Below, piece by piece: positions 29,789 to 40,042 of a stretch of DNA of 56,840 bases. A program made the position numbers and the translations under genes. Below the pieces are notes generated by a model, which did no database searches, was not told the origin of the DNA, and saw nothing but the letters and a program-made list of their open reading frames with translations. This stretch comes from Candidatus Heimdallarchaeota archaeon (GTDB taxonomy: Archaea; Asgardarchaeota; Heimdallarchaeia; JABLTI01). The stretch spans positions 1-56,840 of the forward strand of contig DXJV01000030.1 in NCBI GenBank assembly GCA_019056785.1, read 5' to 3'. Numbering within the stretch: the stretch's first letter is position 1; each line of letters starts with the position of its first letter.

Positions 29789-31459
29789 ATGGCAGAACCC
29801 ATTTCTTTGACGAAAAATGGCAATAAAGGTTTACGAGAAAAAATTAATAACAAAATACAAAACTTGCGTGAAGTCATTGCCGAGAAACCACGCCTAAGCG
29901 ATTTTTTCCAACGCCTTCCTTTATTAGCCATTCTAATCATTGCATTATTTATCCGAGTATTCGCTGCTAGAGCAGCTGAAGGGTTTGTCCATCCAGACGA
30001 AGTTTTTCAATCATTAGAAATGATTCATTACCGCCTTTTTGGGCAGTTTGGTTCAGGTGAAACGATTCCTTGGGAGTTCAATGAGAACTATGACTTTGGT
30101 GGCGCAAGGTCGTGGTTTTTCGTCATGTTTCTTGCCACATTCTACAAATTTTTGATGGCTCTTGGAGTGACTGACAATTTAAGCTTGATTTTTGCAACGC
30201 GGCTTTTTTTGGCATTATGTTCTCTCATAACCGTTTTTGTGGCCTATTTATTCGGGCGTGACATTTTCAATAAAAAAGTTGGGCTAATTGCTGCTTTTTT
30301 GTGCGCTATCTGGTGGTTTTTCCCTTTTTGGGGCAGCAGGACAATGACCGATTCTCTTGCATCCGATCTTCAATTTGTTTCCATCTACCTGACCTATAAA
30401 GCAACAAAAGAGAACAACACACTAACTAAAAGCCTTCAAAGCTTTTTTGCAGGCATCGCTTTGGGCTTTGCATTTATGTTGCGATTTCCTTCTGGACTTT
30501 TAGGCTTCCCCCTCCTTGCTTTTCTCATCACAGCAATGATCCGTGAGTTTAAAAAACGAAAAGAAGAAAAAACAGCTACTGAAAATAAAAAGACTGCAAA
30601 GGGGGTTTTTTATGTTGTTCTTCCTGTTCTTTGCTTTCTCGGAGCAACAACACTTATGATTATTGTTCAAGGTCTCCTCGATCTTTTCACTTGGGGGAAC
30701 TTCTTACAAGCACCAATCAATTTCTTTATGTACAACATTGTTGAGGGGAATAGCGCCATTCATGGAGTTGCACCCTGGTACAGCTATTTCGTTGGTTTTT
30801 ATACAGATTTTGCAAATGGCTACATTCTCTTATTTGTTTTGTTTCTAGTCATAGGTTTAAGCTTCAAAGAACAACAATGGGCGAAAATTGTCTTCGGGGC
30901 AGTCTTTTTATTTTGGTTGGTAATCTTCACAGCAATTGCACACAAAGAGTTTCGTTTCATTTTTATTTTATTGCCTTTTAGCATGATCTTTGTAGCAAAT
31001 GGCATTCTGAAATTTGCTGAAAATTTTAAAAAAACCTCTACCAAACGGTTTAGTTTAACTTTTATATTGATTCTCTTCTGTATAGCGTCTTCTATGATGG
31101 CGTTCTACCACCAAAAATACGCATGGAAGGCAAACTCCGGGATTTGCAATGCTATGTATTGGGTAGGGAAGCAAGAGGATGCACAAAGAGTGATTGTCTT
31201 TGAGATGGTTTGGTATACCGGTGGTTATGCTTATCTTGATAAGAATATCTCTTGTCTTTTTGTTAGGATAAGCTCTTCTTCTATCCCTAAGTATACTTAT
31301 AATTCAACAACACTAAGAAATCTCTATAGCCTTAATGGAACCTATGCACTTGTTCGCGAACCAGAGTTGTTTTTGGTTCAAGAACTTTTGTTGTCATTTA
31401 ATATGACTCAAGTAGCAATTGTCGGGCAATTACCAAATGTCTATGTCTTCAAACAGTGA
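29789..31459 (+). CDS. GT22 Alg9/PIG-B-like lipid-linked mannosyltransferase
   Basis: HPDEVFQSLE..H, PWEF, HKEFRFI motifs; about 10-11 TM helices. Confidence 0.85.
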   Translation: MAEPISLTKNGNKGLREKINNKIQNLREVIAEKPRLSDFFQRLPLLAILIIALFIRVFAARAAEGFVHPDEVFQSLEMIHYRLFGQFGSGETIPWEFNENYDFGGARSWFFVMFLATFYKFLMALGVTDNLSLIFATRLFLALCSLITVFVAYLFGRDIFNKKVGLIAAFLCAIWWFFPFWGSRTMTDSLASDLQFVSIYLTYKATKENNTLTKSLQSFFAGIALGFAFMLRFPSGLLGFPLLAFLITAMIREFKKRKEEKTATENKKTAKGVFYVVLPVLCFLGATTLMIIVQGLLDLFTWGNFLQAPINFFMYNIVEGNSAIHGVAPWYSYFVGFYTDFANGYILLFVLFLVIGLSFKEQQWAKIVFGAVFLFWLVIFTAIAHKEFRFIFILLPFSMIFVANGILKFAENFKKTSTKRFSLTFILILFCIASSMMAFYHQKYAWKANSGICNAMYWVGKQEDAQRVIVFEMVWYTGGYAYLDKNISCLFVRISSSSIPKYTYNSTTLRNLYSLNGTYALVREPELFLVQELLLSFNMTQVAIVGQLPNVYVFKQ

Positions 31460-31477
31460 AAAAAGTGAAAGAACACA

Positions 31478-32857
31478 CTAGTTCATCGGTTTAAGGGGGT
31501 ATTCTTGTTTGTATTGTGGTACATGAGTCCAAATTTTCAAGGTATTTCTAATATTTGCCGCGAAAGTTAATGACTGCTGTGCTTCTCCATGGACAACAAA
31601 AATCTTTCGTGGTTTTTGTTTTATGCGAACGATATGATTTTTTAATTCCAGCTTATCAGCATGGGCACTAAAGCCACGAACCATTTTAATCTTCGCTCGG
31701 ACAGGGATTTTCTTATTATAAATTTCCACTTCTTTAGCGCCATCAACAATTTCACGCCCAAGGGTCCCTTTTGCTTGGAAACCAACAAAAAGGACAATCG
31801 ATTTCCGATTAGGCAAGTCGTTTAAAAGGTGGTCAAGTATTCTGCCACCGTTACACATTCCAGAACCGGCGAAAACGATGCATGTTTCCCAGCCGGTAAG
31901 AATGGCTCGAGACTCTCGATGGGTTTTTGAATAGTGTAACTCCTGGAAGCGAAGAGGATTGTCACCAGAACGCAACAGCTCAACAGTTTCTTTATCGAAA
32001 CATTCTGGATGCTTGAGATAGATCTCTGTGGCATCTATTGCCATTGGAGAGTCAATATAAACAGGAGTTTTTTGAATAATGTCTTTTTCGAAGAGCTCAT
32101 TCAAGAAATAAATCAAAGTTTGTGTCCGACCAAGAGCAAAAGATGGAATAACTAATTTCCCGCCTTCACGAGTGACAAACTTGGCAAAATCACCAAGGGT
32201 CTTAGTTGCATGCTCCATTGGGGGATGTATACGATCACCATATGTCGATTCAGTTATCAAATAATGAGCTTTTTCGATTGGTTCTGGATTTTTAATGAGT
32301 GGTTGATCATTTTGCCCAAGATCCCCTGTGAAAGCAACCACAGTGCCATCAATGTCAAGAATTGGTTGCGCAGAACCTAAAATGTGCCCTGCATCTAAAA
32401 ATTTTAAAGAAACTTGCTTTTCGAGAAATTCTTCACGATGATAAGGGATTGTTTCAAATCGTTTGAGAGCATTGTAAACATCCTCTTCATCATAAAGAGG
32501 TTCAATATACCGGCCTTTTGACTTACGTTGTTCTTTTGCAGCCTCTTCTTTTGAGATTTTAACGGCGTCTAACAATAAGATTTTTGCAAGAGCCTTCGTA
32601 GCAGGAGTACAATATACTGTGCCATCGAAACCTTGGTCAAATAAAAGGGGGATCCTTCCAGAATGGTCGATGTGAGCATGTGACAAAACAACCACATCAA
32701 TATCTCTGGGGTCAAAAGAAAAATTCCTGTTGTAATGATGGGGGATTCCTTGAATCATCCCACAATCTAAAAGAATTCGTTTGTCATTTATCGTTAATAT
32801 ATGGGCGCTTCCAGTAGTTCGCCCGACTGCTCCATGAAAGGCAATTTTTATATTCAC
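31478..32857 (-). CDS. MBL-fold beta-CASP ribonuclease
   Basis: SHAHIDHSG, AGHILGS, TGDLG, ESTYG, FALGRTQ, FSAHAD, VHGE. Confidence 0.95.
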   Translation of the reverse strand: MNIKIAFHGAVGRTTGSAHILTINDKRILLDCGMIQGIPHHYNRNFSFDPRDIDVVVLSHAHIDHSGRIPLLFDQGFDGTVYCTPATKALAKILLLDAVKISKEEAAKEQRKSKGRYIEPLYDEEDVYNALKRFETIPYHREEFLEKQVSLKFLDAGHILGSAQPILDIDGTVVAFTGDLGQNDQPLIKNPEPIEKAHYLITESTYGDRIHPPMEHATKTLGDFAKFVTREGGKLVIPSFALGRTQTLIYFLNELFEKDIIQKTPVYIDSPMAIDATEIYLKHPECFDKETVELLRSGDNPLRFQELHYSKTHRESRAILTGWETCIVFAGSGMCNGGRILDHLLNDLPNRKSIVLFVGFQAKGTLGREIVDGAKEVEIYNKKIPVRAKIKMVRGFSAHADKLELKNHIVRIKQKPRKIFVVHGEAQQSLTFAANIRNTLKIWTHVPQYKQEYPLKPMN

Positions 32858-33087
32858 AAGAAGTTCTCCTACTGCTTTATTAATAATATTGAATGTTTCT
32901 TACATAAAATTCTACTGTTCCTACCAAAAGAAATGTTTTTGCAATATAAGAGAAATTTATAATTAAGTAAAAGAGTCAATAATACAATTTATTGCAAAGT
33001 CTGAAGGTTAAAGGCTAGTTGAAAAAGGGCAACAGAACATTAACAATATAAGAATGTTGCAATGCAGAGAAAAGTGTGGATTAAACA

Positions 33088-36000
33088 ATGTTTGAAAAAA
33101 TCGAAAAAGCTCGACAGGTGCTTGCTTCAGGTTCAACCAAAGCAGCAATCGAAGAATATTTCCAAATAATCGATTTGCTTCTAAAAAAGAAAAATAACGA
33201 AGAAGCAGCACGATTGTTACAAGAGCTAATTGCTAATATTTTGGGGGAAGAAAACAAAAGAAACATCTATCTTTTGGCAGAACAACTAATTAAAAGGCTT
33301 TCAACTTTTAAACTAAAAGATTTCCAGAAATCTGTTGTGAAATTTGACGAATTTCTTTCAAAAACCAAGAGCCTTTACCGGACAGCAGATGAATCGTTTG
33401 ATAAATCTGCAATTATAGCAGAAGCCCAAGCGGTCTTTTATAAAAACCACAAAATGGATGGAACAGTTTTCCTCCTCGAAGCCGCAAATGACTTGAAAGA
33501 ACAAATTATCAAAATTTATAGTAAACCACGAGTCCGTGAGGAAGAAGAGAAAGAAGCAAAGGAACATTTAAAACATGCAATCGAACTTTTTCAACAATTA
33601 GAGCAACAAGAGGTTATTGCTGAGCTCTTTGAGACCATAGTAGCTAAGCAGTTGGAAAATAAGAATGTAGAAAAAGCCGAGAAAATTTTGGACATGGCAA
33701 TCGACTATCTTATGGACTTAAAGGGTGAAGAAACGACTATAACTGCTTTCGCAGAAATAATCATGCAAGTATATGTTTCACTTATCGAGTTTAAAATCCA
33801 GGATATCCTTAATCCGGAAATGCCCATTAGCAAATTTGAGGCCATTAAATTTGAAAATAATGTTGCGACAAGGTTTATCAAACATGCAAAGGAGATTTGC
33901 TTAAAAAAGAAGGCCAAAAAAGTAATTCTAATTTTGGCAAAAGAGCTCTCACTCATAGGTTTGGCACTCTTTGAAAAGGGGCAGGAGCAATATGCTTTGG
34001 CATATTTTGAGGAAGCAAAAAACTACTATTTGGAAGTTAATGATGTAGATAAAACAATAGATTTTGGTAAAAATGTTACCTCTTTAGGCCTACAACTCTT
34101 CTCAAAAGAACAGTACCCTATGGGAAGAGACTATTTGTATATTGCTATAGAAATCGCTAAAAAAATTGATCGTTCTTTTGAAATCGAAATCTATCAAAAA
34201 GAAGCTGCACTCTATCTCAAATATCGGAAATATCAACTTGCTTATGAAGCTTACCGAAAAGTAATCGAGCCATTACAAGCTCTACCTGAAAGCGAGTTGC
34301 GAATTGAGATTCCACGAGAAATACGTCAATTAGGAAAAGAGCGATTTGATAAGAATGATTTCCACTATGCAGAGCTCTTTTACCGTTTGTCAGCAGAATT
34401 CTTTGCGGCATTCAATCAGTTAGAACTTGCTGCAGACACTTTAGATGCTTCATGGCCACCTATGTTCAAAGTAAGACAATTACAAACAGGCATTGATTTA
34501 GCAAGAAAAGCTGCAACAGCATATATTGAAGCAGATAATGCTGAGGCTGCGGCGGACGTTTACTTCAAGCTTGGACAAGAATTGCTAAAAGAAGGGCATT
34601 ATGATATTGCACTGGAACAACTTCGCCTTGCTGCCCAGACAATTCCCGAGTATTTACGCGAAGAGAAATTTAAACCATTAGTTAAAGTAACAACTTCCTT
34701 TACTGAACAATGTTTGAAGAGTGGCGATATTATTAACGCACGTGAGTTATGGAGCGCTGCCTGCGAATTCAACGAGACTCTTGCAAGATCACTAATAAAA
34801 CGAGACATTGAGAGCGTCGTAGAAACAATTGAGGACCATATAAAAAATGTACGAAAATTTGACAACGAAGAGCTGAATGAAATTACGATTGATTCTGCTC
34901 AAAAGAGTGCACAAGTTCTCTCAGAAGCAAAAGACTATGAGCGTGCAGCTAAAATCCTCGTTAGTTTTGCCGCGGACTTTCTCCGGAAAAATAAAGTTGA
35001 TTATGCAAATACATTATTTGAGCAAGGAGCCTCTGAATTTATTAAAGCTAACCTTCCACGGGAGGCTGCTCGCGTACTCTCGACCCTAGCACGCTATCAT
35101 TGTGAGCATCAAGACCATGAGAAGTGTCTTTATTATTATCGTAAAGCATCTATTGAAAGTGAAGAGCTCCCTGAGAAAGAGATACTTGATTTCCTAGGCG
35201 ATCATTGTTATGAATCCTATGTCTCTTTACTTGAGAGAGGGGCAAGTGATGAAATTATCAAAAAAGGTTTTCAATTAGCAATAGAAATAAAACTTGCAAG
35301 CAGTAAGGAAGCAGCTGGCTATTTGAGTCACACCATTGCTCAAAAGTTCTTTGAAAGAAATAAGACAGAAAAAGCACTTATCTATTATCAAAAGGCAATT
35401 CAATTTTTCTTGGAAAGCGACAAGCAAAAAGCAGTAATTGTGGGAGCTGAAGCAATTGAAAGAGGGCGCAAAGCCTTTCAAAATAACATGATCCTTGAAG
35501 CTGAGAAATTAATTAAAGAAGGCATTCTTGCCCTGGAAAACGGTGGGCAAGTTAAACAAGCAGCCCAAACAGCACGAATTGAAGGGGAGAAATTTCTTAC
35601 AACTGCTTATCCAGACCTTGGCTTGAATTTTCTTAATCTTGCGAACCAAAACTATAAGCAATTAAAAGATTTGCAAAATGCAGCGGAAATACATAAAACT
35701 AAGGGACAATTCTATTTCAAAAAGTACAATTTTAATGAGAGTAAAATAGAATTTGAGCACGCCGGAACAATCTATTTAGAAACGAAAAACACAAACGCCC
35801 TGAAAAAATTGATTTTAGAGCTGCAAGAACTCGCAACTAAATTTATCCTCGCAAAGGAATTACCAAATGAGGTTATTGGAGAGCAAGAAAAGCAAGGTAA
35901 AGAGTTCATAAAACTTGCTATTGATTTTGCAGAGAAAATTAAAGACTTGGAATTAAGTAAAGAAATTAAATATACTAACTGGCAATTATTTGCAAAGAAA

Positions 36001-39000
36001 GCGATGCATGAAAGTGCTTATGAATTCCTGCAAGAAACCTTCACAAATTATGAAAAATTAAAAGATCTAAAAGCAATCAGCCTTTTAGCGCAAGAGGTTG
36101 CTAAGTTCGCTACAAAGCTTATTCAACAAGAAAATCTTGCTCACGCTACTAAATACCTTAATATTGTTCTCGATAAGCTGAATGAAACCGCAAAATTCAA
36201 AGAAGCTGCTGGTATTTGCTTGGAAGCAAGCGAGACTTTCCTTAAGAAGAACAATAATGAAGTGGCGGTATCATGGGGGTTACGAGCAACAGACATTATG
36301 TTAAAAGCAGATTTAGAGAAGGAAGCAATTCAATTTCTAAAAGAATTAGTGGAACAACTTATGATTCGTAATAGCATTGAAAATGCCATTCTTTGCTATG
36401 GAAAAATCGCTAAAATTTATGAACAAAGCAATCGTTTAAAAGAAGTAGAGGACATTGCTCTGGAAGTCATGGCTTTTGGGAAAGCGAATATGGTTAACAA
36501 CAATCCCGAAGCAGGACTTAGGCTCTGGGAAGTAGCTTTAACCATTGGTGCTATTGTCGGAGAAGAATTCACAGGACGACTTTGTGAAATCGAAGGACAA
36601 ACATTTTATGAAATTAAACAATTTGACAAGTCTATCGAACTATTCAAAGAGAGCTATATGCTATTCAAACGCACAAAAAAACTCAGCCGGCTAATTAATC
36701 TCGGGACTGTTATCTTCCAGATTGCCAAAGACCTTCAAAAGGAAAACAACTTTGATATTGCTTTCAAATACATTCCTCTTGGCTTCGAATCCCTTATAGC
36801 TGGCAAAGATGTTTTACTTGCAACAGAAAATATGTTTGGCCATGCAAAAAATTATATCGAAGTTAATAAAGATAAAGAAGGGTTTCATCTCATCAATACC
36901 ACTATTGATACACTCTTTTCTATTGGTGATGTTGTTGCTGGCGTAGAACATTGTTTTGTTGGTGCGGCGCTTCTTGTTTCTTATGGAAAGAATACCGAAG
37001 GAAGCCGACTTATCGATAAGGGGATGGAAAAAGTAACGCAAATTACGGACGAGGCAGCTATAAAACACCTGGCAACGGTTTGCCGGAATCAAGGCATCAT
37101 TCTTCGTGAGAATGAAAAATTAGAAGCGTCACATATTATGCTTGCTTCAGGGATAGGCATTCTTCGAACGATAAACGATCTTATCGGCATTGGAATGATA
37201 AGCATTGAACTAGGGCGAACATTAATTCAACGAAATGAGATGAATGCTGCAGTCGAAGCATTTCGCAATGGTGTCCAACTTATGGCTCAAGGCAATTTGA
37301 AGAAAGAAGCAGTTGCTGTAATTAATGAACTTATTACTCTTGGCAGAAAAGAAATTGATAATAAGAATATCACAACTGGTGTTCCCCTCGTCGACCTTTC
37401 AGGCGAATTGTTCATTTTGCTTGGGTACCCCGAAAGGATTATGGTAATCTCTGAGATTTTCATCAATCTCGGTGGCAAGATGTTGGCAGAAAGGAATTAT
37501 GAAATCGCTGCGCTCTATTTCTCAAAAGCTATGGAATTTGCTATGAAAGCCAACTTACGCGATTATCTTCCCAAAGTGGGTAACCGGTGTATTGATTTCG
37601 GTTTCAAACTTGTCAAAGAAGAAGACCCAATTCTTGGCATTCAATTCATGAACGCCGGAGCGGACCTCATTAGTCAATTCGAACAAAAACCCGAAAAAGC
37701 CGGCAGAGCAATGGTGAACTTCATTGAAGCCATCAATCAAATTTTAACAATAGAATATGCTCAAAGTTATGAAGATGAGAGCGATTACCTCGAGTTAATT
37801 GAGCAATTTGTTGGTTCTGCGATTAAATTCTTTACACAAATAAGTGCAGCTAAATCACTCGAGAAATTAGCTAAAAACCTTATTGCCTATGGAAAGAGTA
37901 TCATTCAAATAAAGCAACCTGGTTTTGTCCGGCGGATTTTTGAGCCCGCATTACGCGCTGCAGAAAATGCCCAAAACACAAAACTACAAATCGAAATTGC
38001 CCACATATATTTGGAGCATGTAAACTATCTCATTGAGACAAACAATTTACGATATCTTGAGACAACCGTGAATCAAGCAATGAACATCTATCTTTCTGTG
38101 AATGACATGAAGGAAATTCGAAAATTCATTGGAGTCACAGTAACAAATGGACGAGAGCTTTGTCTCAATCCTGCCACGCGAGAATACGGGATCAAAGTAA
38201 TTAATATGTTGATCGGTATAACAGAAAAACTCGCTAACCAAGAACTCTATCCCGTTATTCTTCTTCCCATCATTTTCCTAAATCAGGTAGCATTGGAGGA
38301 GGAAAATCTTGAAATAGTGATTTTTGCCCGGCAAAATGTTCTCAGACTTTTAAACTCGATCTTGGAAGCAAATTATTCCTTGGCTATTTTAGGAAACTTA
38401 AGCTTGTCCAATATGATTTTTGAGTGGTATCAAATTGCTGAAACGCTCTTGCAAAAACAAGAAACATTCGATCAAGCGATTAATGTTATTAACCAGACCC
38501 TTCAACTCGCAGTAATAACCCAGCAAGTTGAATTGGGCAATGCTGTTATTGAAAAGGTTTTGGAAACATTAGAATCGATGGTTCGAAGAAGAACAAAAGG
38601 CTTGGAGCTTCTCTATGAAATTCTAGCTATTGGTTCAAATGGCCTTGGACAAGTTCAACAAGTCGTAAACCTTGGGAGAAGATGCTTCGAATTAGGAAAA
38701 GAAGCCGCTCAGAAGAGGCATTTAAAAGAATCAATTGATTATCTTAAAGCAGCAGGAAGGATATTTGCCCTTTGTAAAAATGAAGCTTTTATTGCAAAAG
38801 TAGCAATTGCTTGTGCAACTTTTGGAGACCAGCGATTAAAAGAGAGGAATATCAAAGAAGGATTATACTATTATTCTGCCGCATTGGAGAATTATGAGCT
38901 CTCGGAAGATGAACGAAGCATTAAAATCATTGCAAGTACGATTGAGAAACTCTTTGAAAGTACCCCCACACAAGATGGTTATTTATGCTTCCTTATTCCC

Positions 39001-40014
39001 GGCATGGTTTATGCAAATCGCAATGAAACCAAACAAGCCCAAACACTAGCAGGGAAAGCTCTTCAAAGTGTAGATTCAATGCTCAAATCTCGAAAGAAAG
39101 AACTTGTTTACGATTCGATTCCTTATCTCTTTGCTGCAACAGACATCTATAATCAACTTGACGACCTTGAAAAAGAAATGAACATTTATGATGAGTTTAT
39201 GTTCAAGTATCTAACAGCCGTTAATGATATGAAGATTATTGAACTCTTCCTTGATTTACTCGTACGAACATTAATGCGCAAATTACAGAAATGGGACTTT
39301 CAAGCAATTGATGAGCTCTTCGAGAAAATTACCGATCAACGCGTCTTGAAGTCTAAAAATTATCAAGCTATTTTTGAGACAATAAACGCGTTAAAAACAG
39401 GTGATATAATTTTTGCTCAGGATCTTGCTACAAAAGTGAATGTGAAATTTGAACGTAGCATTCGAGACTTTGTTGATTCTTATAGAGAACAAATAAAGAA
39501 AGACATTTTCCAAACCGGAAAACTAAGTATTCACACCTACATGAAAGAACAGCCCATTGCACCTCTTGTGAATGTTCTTATTCATGATTTGTATGCCAGG
39601 AAAGAAATCGAAGGAAAGTACTTCCCCATTGGCCTATTTGTCTCGAGCGAGCAACTAAATAGTATCTTTGAATTCCTTGATGCTAAACTATCAGAAACCG
39701 GAAAGGCAACTATTGCAGAGGTTGCCCAGAACACTGCTTTAACCAACAATGAAGCATTGAATGTCATTCGATTGGAATACCTCCCACAAAAGTTCCAAGC
39801 ACGATTAAATGAGGATCAAACAGTACTCTATACTTATCTCCAATTACGAAACGAAGTTAAACAGCTTGCTTTAAGTTATCAAGAAATAGGCAATATTGAT
39901 ATTAACAAAATCTCACAGCAATTAAAATTCCCACCTGAAACAATCAAAAGGGAAATCGAATATTTGATTTTAGAGGGAATGATAAACCCACGACTTGTAG
40001 GTAGAACGGTATAA
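33088..40014 (+). CDS. giant SNAP/TPR-like alpha-solenoid with C-terminal PCI/UFL1-like winged-helix repeats
   Basis: 2308 aa of helical repeats (AA..F..AA..Y type). Last ~170 aa carry three WH-like units (GKLSI.., GKATIAEVA.., GNIDINKISQQL..LILEGMI). Confidence 0.8.
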   Translation: MFEKIEKARQVLASGSTKAAIEEYFQIIDLLLKKKNNEEAARLLQELIANILGEENKRNIYLLAEQLIKRLSTFKLKDFQKSVVKFDEFLSKTKSLYRTADESFDKSAIIAEAQAVFYKNHKMDGTVFLLEAANDLKEQIIKIYSKPRVREEEEKEAKEHLKHAIELFQQLEQQEVIAELFETIVAKQLENKNVEKAEKILDMAIDYLMDLKGEETTITAFAEIIMQVYVSLIEFKIQDILNPEMPISKFEAIKFENNVATRFIKHAKEICLKKKAKKVILILAKELSLIGLALFEKGQEQYALAYFEEAKNYYLEVNDVDKTIDFGKNVTSLGLQLFSKEQYPMGRDYLYIAIEIAKKIDRSFEIEIYQKEAALYLKYRKYQLAYEAYRKVIEPLQALPESELRIEIPREIRQLGKERFDKNDFHYAELFYRLSAEFFAAFNQLELAADTLDASWPPMFKVRQLQTGIDLARKAATAYIEADNAEAAADVYFKLGQELLKEGHYDIALEQLRLAAQTIPEYLREEKFKPLVKVTTSFTEQCLKSGDIINARELWSAACEFNETLARSLIKRDIESVVETIEDHIKNVRKFDNEELNEITIDSAQKSAQVLSEAKDYERAAKILVSFAADFLRKNKVDYANTLFEQGASEFIKANLPREAARVLSTLARYHCEHQDHEKCLYYYRKASIESEELPEKEILDFLGDHCYESYVSLLERGASDEIIKKGFQLAIEIKLASSKEAAGYLSHTIAQKFFERNKTEKALIYYQKAIQFFLESDKQKAVIVGAEAIERGRKAFQNNMILEAEKLIKEGILALENGGQVKQAAQTARIEGEKFLTTAYPDLGLNFLNLANQNYKQLKDLQNAAEIHKTKGQFYFKKYNFNESKIEFEHAGTIYLETKNTNALKKLILELQELATKFILAKELPNEVIGEQEKQGKEFIKLAIDFAEKIKDLELSKEIKYTNWQLFAKKAMHESAYEFLQETFTNYEKLKDLKAISLLAQEVAKFATKLIQQENLAHATKYLNIVLDKLNETAKFKEAAGICLEASETFLKKNNNEVAVSWGLRATDIMLKADLEKEAIQFLKELVEQLMIRNSIENAILCYGKIAKIYEQSNRLKEVEDIALEVMAFGKANMVNNNPEAGLRLWEVALTIGAIVGEEFTGRLCEIEGQTFYEIKQFDKSIELFKESYMLFKRTKKLSRLINLGTVIFQIAKDLQKENNFDIAFKYIPLGFESLIAGKDVLLATENMFGHAKNYIEVNKDKEGFHLINTTIDTLFSIGDVVAGVEHCFVGAALLVSYGKNTEGSRLIDKGMEKVTQITDEAAIKHLATVCRNQGIILRENEKLEASHIMLASGIGILRTINDLIGIGMISIELGRTLIQRNEMNAAVEAFRNGVQLMAQGNLKKEAVAVINELITLGRKEIDNKNITTGVPLVDLSGELFILLGYPERIMVISEIFINLGGKMLAERNYEIAALYFSKAMEFAMKANLRDYLPKVGNRCIDFGFKLVKEEDPILGIQFMNAGADLISQFEQKPEKAGRAMVNFIEAINQILTIEYAQSYEDESDYLELIEQFVGSAIKFFTQISAAKSLEKLAKNLIAYGKSIIQIKQPGFVRRIFEPALRAAENAQNTKLQIEIAHIYLEHVNYLIETNNLRYLETTVNQAMNIYLSVNDMKEIRKFIGVTVTNGRELCLNPATREYGIKVINMLIGITEKLANQELYPVILLPIIFLNQVALEEENLEIVIFARQNVLRLLNSILEANYSLAILGNLSLSNMIFEWYQIAETLLQKQETFDQAINVINQTLQLAVITQQVELGNAVIEKVLETLESMVRRRTKGLELLYEILAIGSNGLGQVQQVVNLGRRCFELGKEAAQKRHLKESIDYLKAAGRIFALCKNEAFIAKVAIACATFGDQRLKERNIKEGLYYYSAALENYELSEDERSIKIIASTIEKLFESTPTQDGYLCFLIPGMVYANRNETKQAQTLAGKALQSVDSMLKSRKKELVYDSIPYLFAATDIYNQLDDLEKEMNIYDEFMFKYLTAVNDMKIIELFLDLLVRTLMRKLQKWDFQAIDELFEKITDQRVLKSKNYQAIFETINALKTGDIIFAQDLATKVNVKFERSIRDFVDSYREQIKKDIFQTGKLSIHTYMKEQPIAPLVNVLIHDLYARKEIEGKYFPIGLFVSSEQLNSIFEFLDAKLSETGKATIAEVAQNTALTNNEALNVIRLEYLPQKFQARLNEDQTVLYTYLQLRNEVKQLALSYQEIGNIDINKISQQLKFPPETIKREIEYLILEGMINPRLVGRTV

Positions 40015-40042
40015 GTCGTAAAAAGTGTCCTTGCACCATCAG

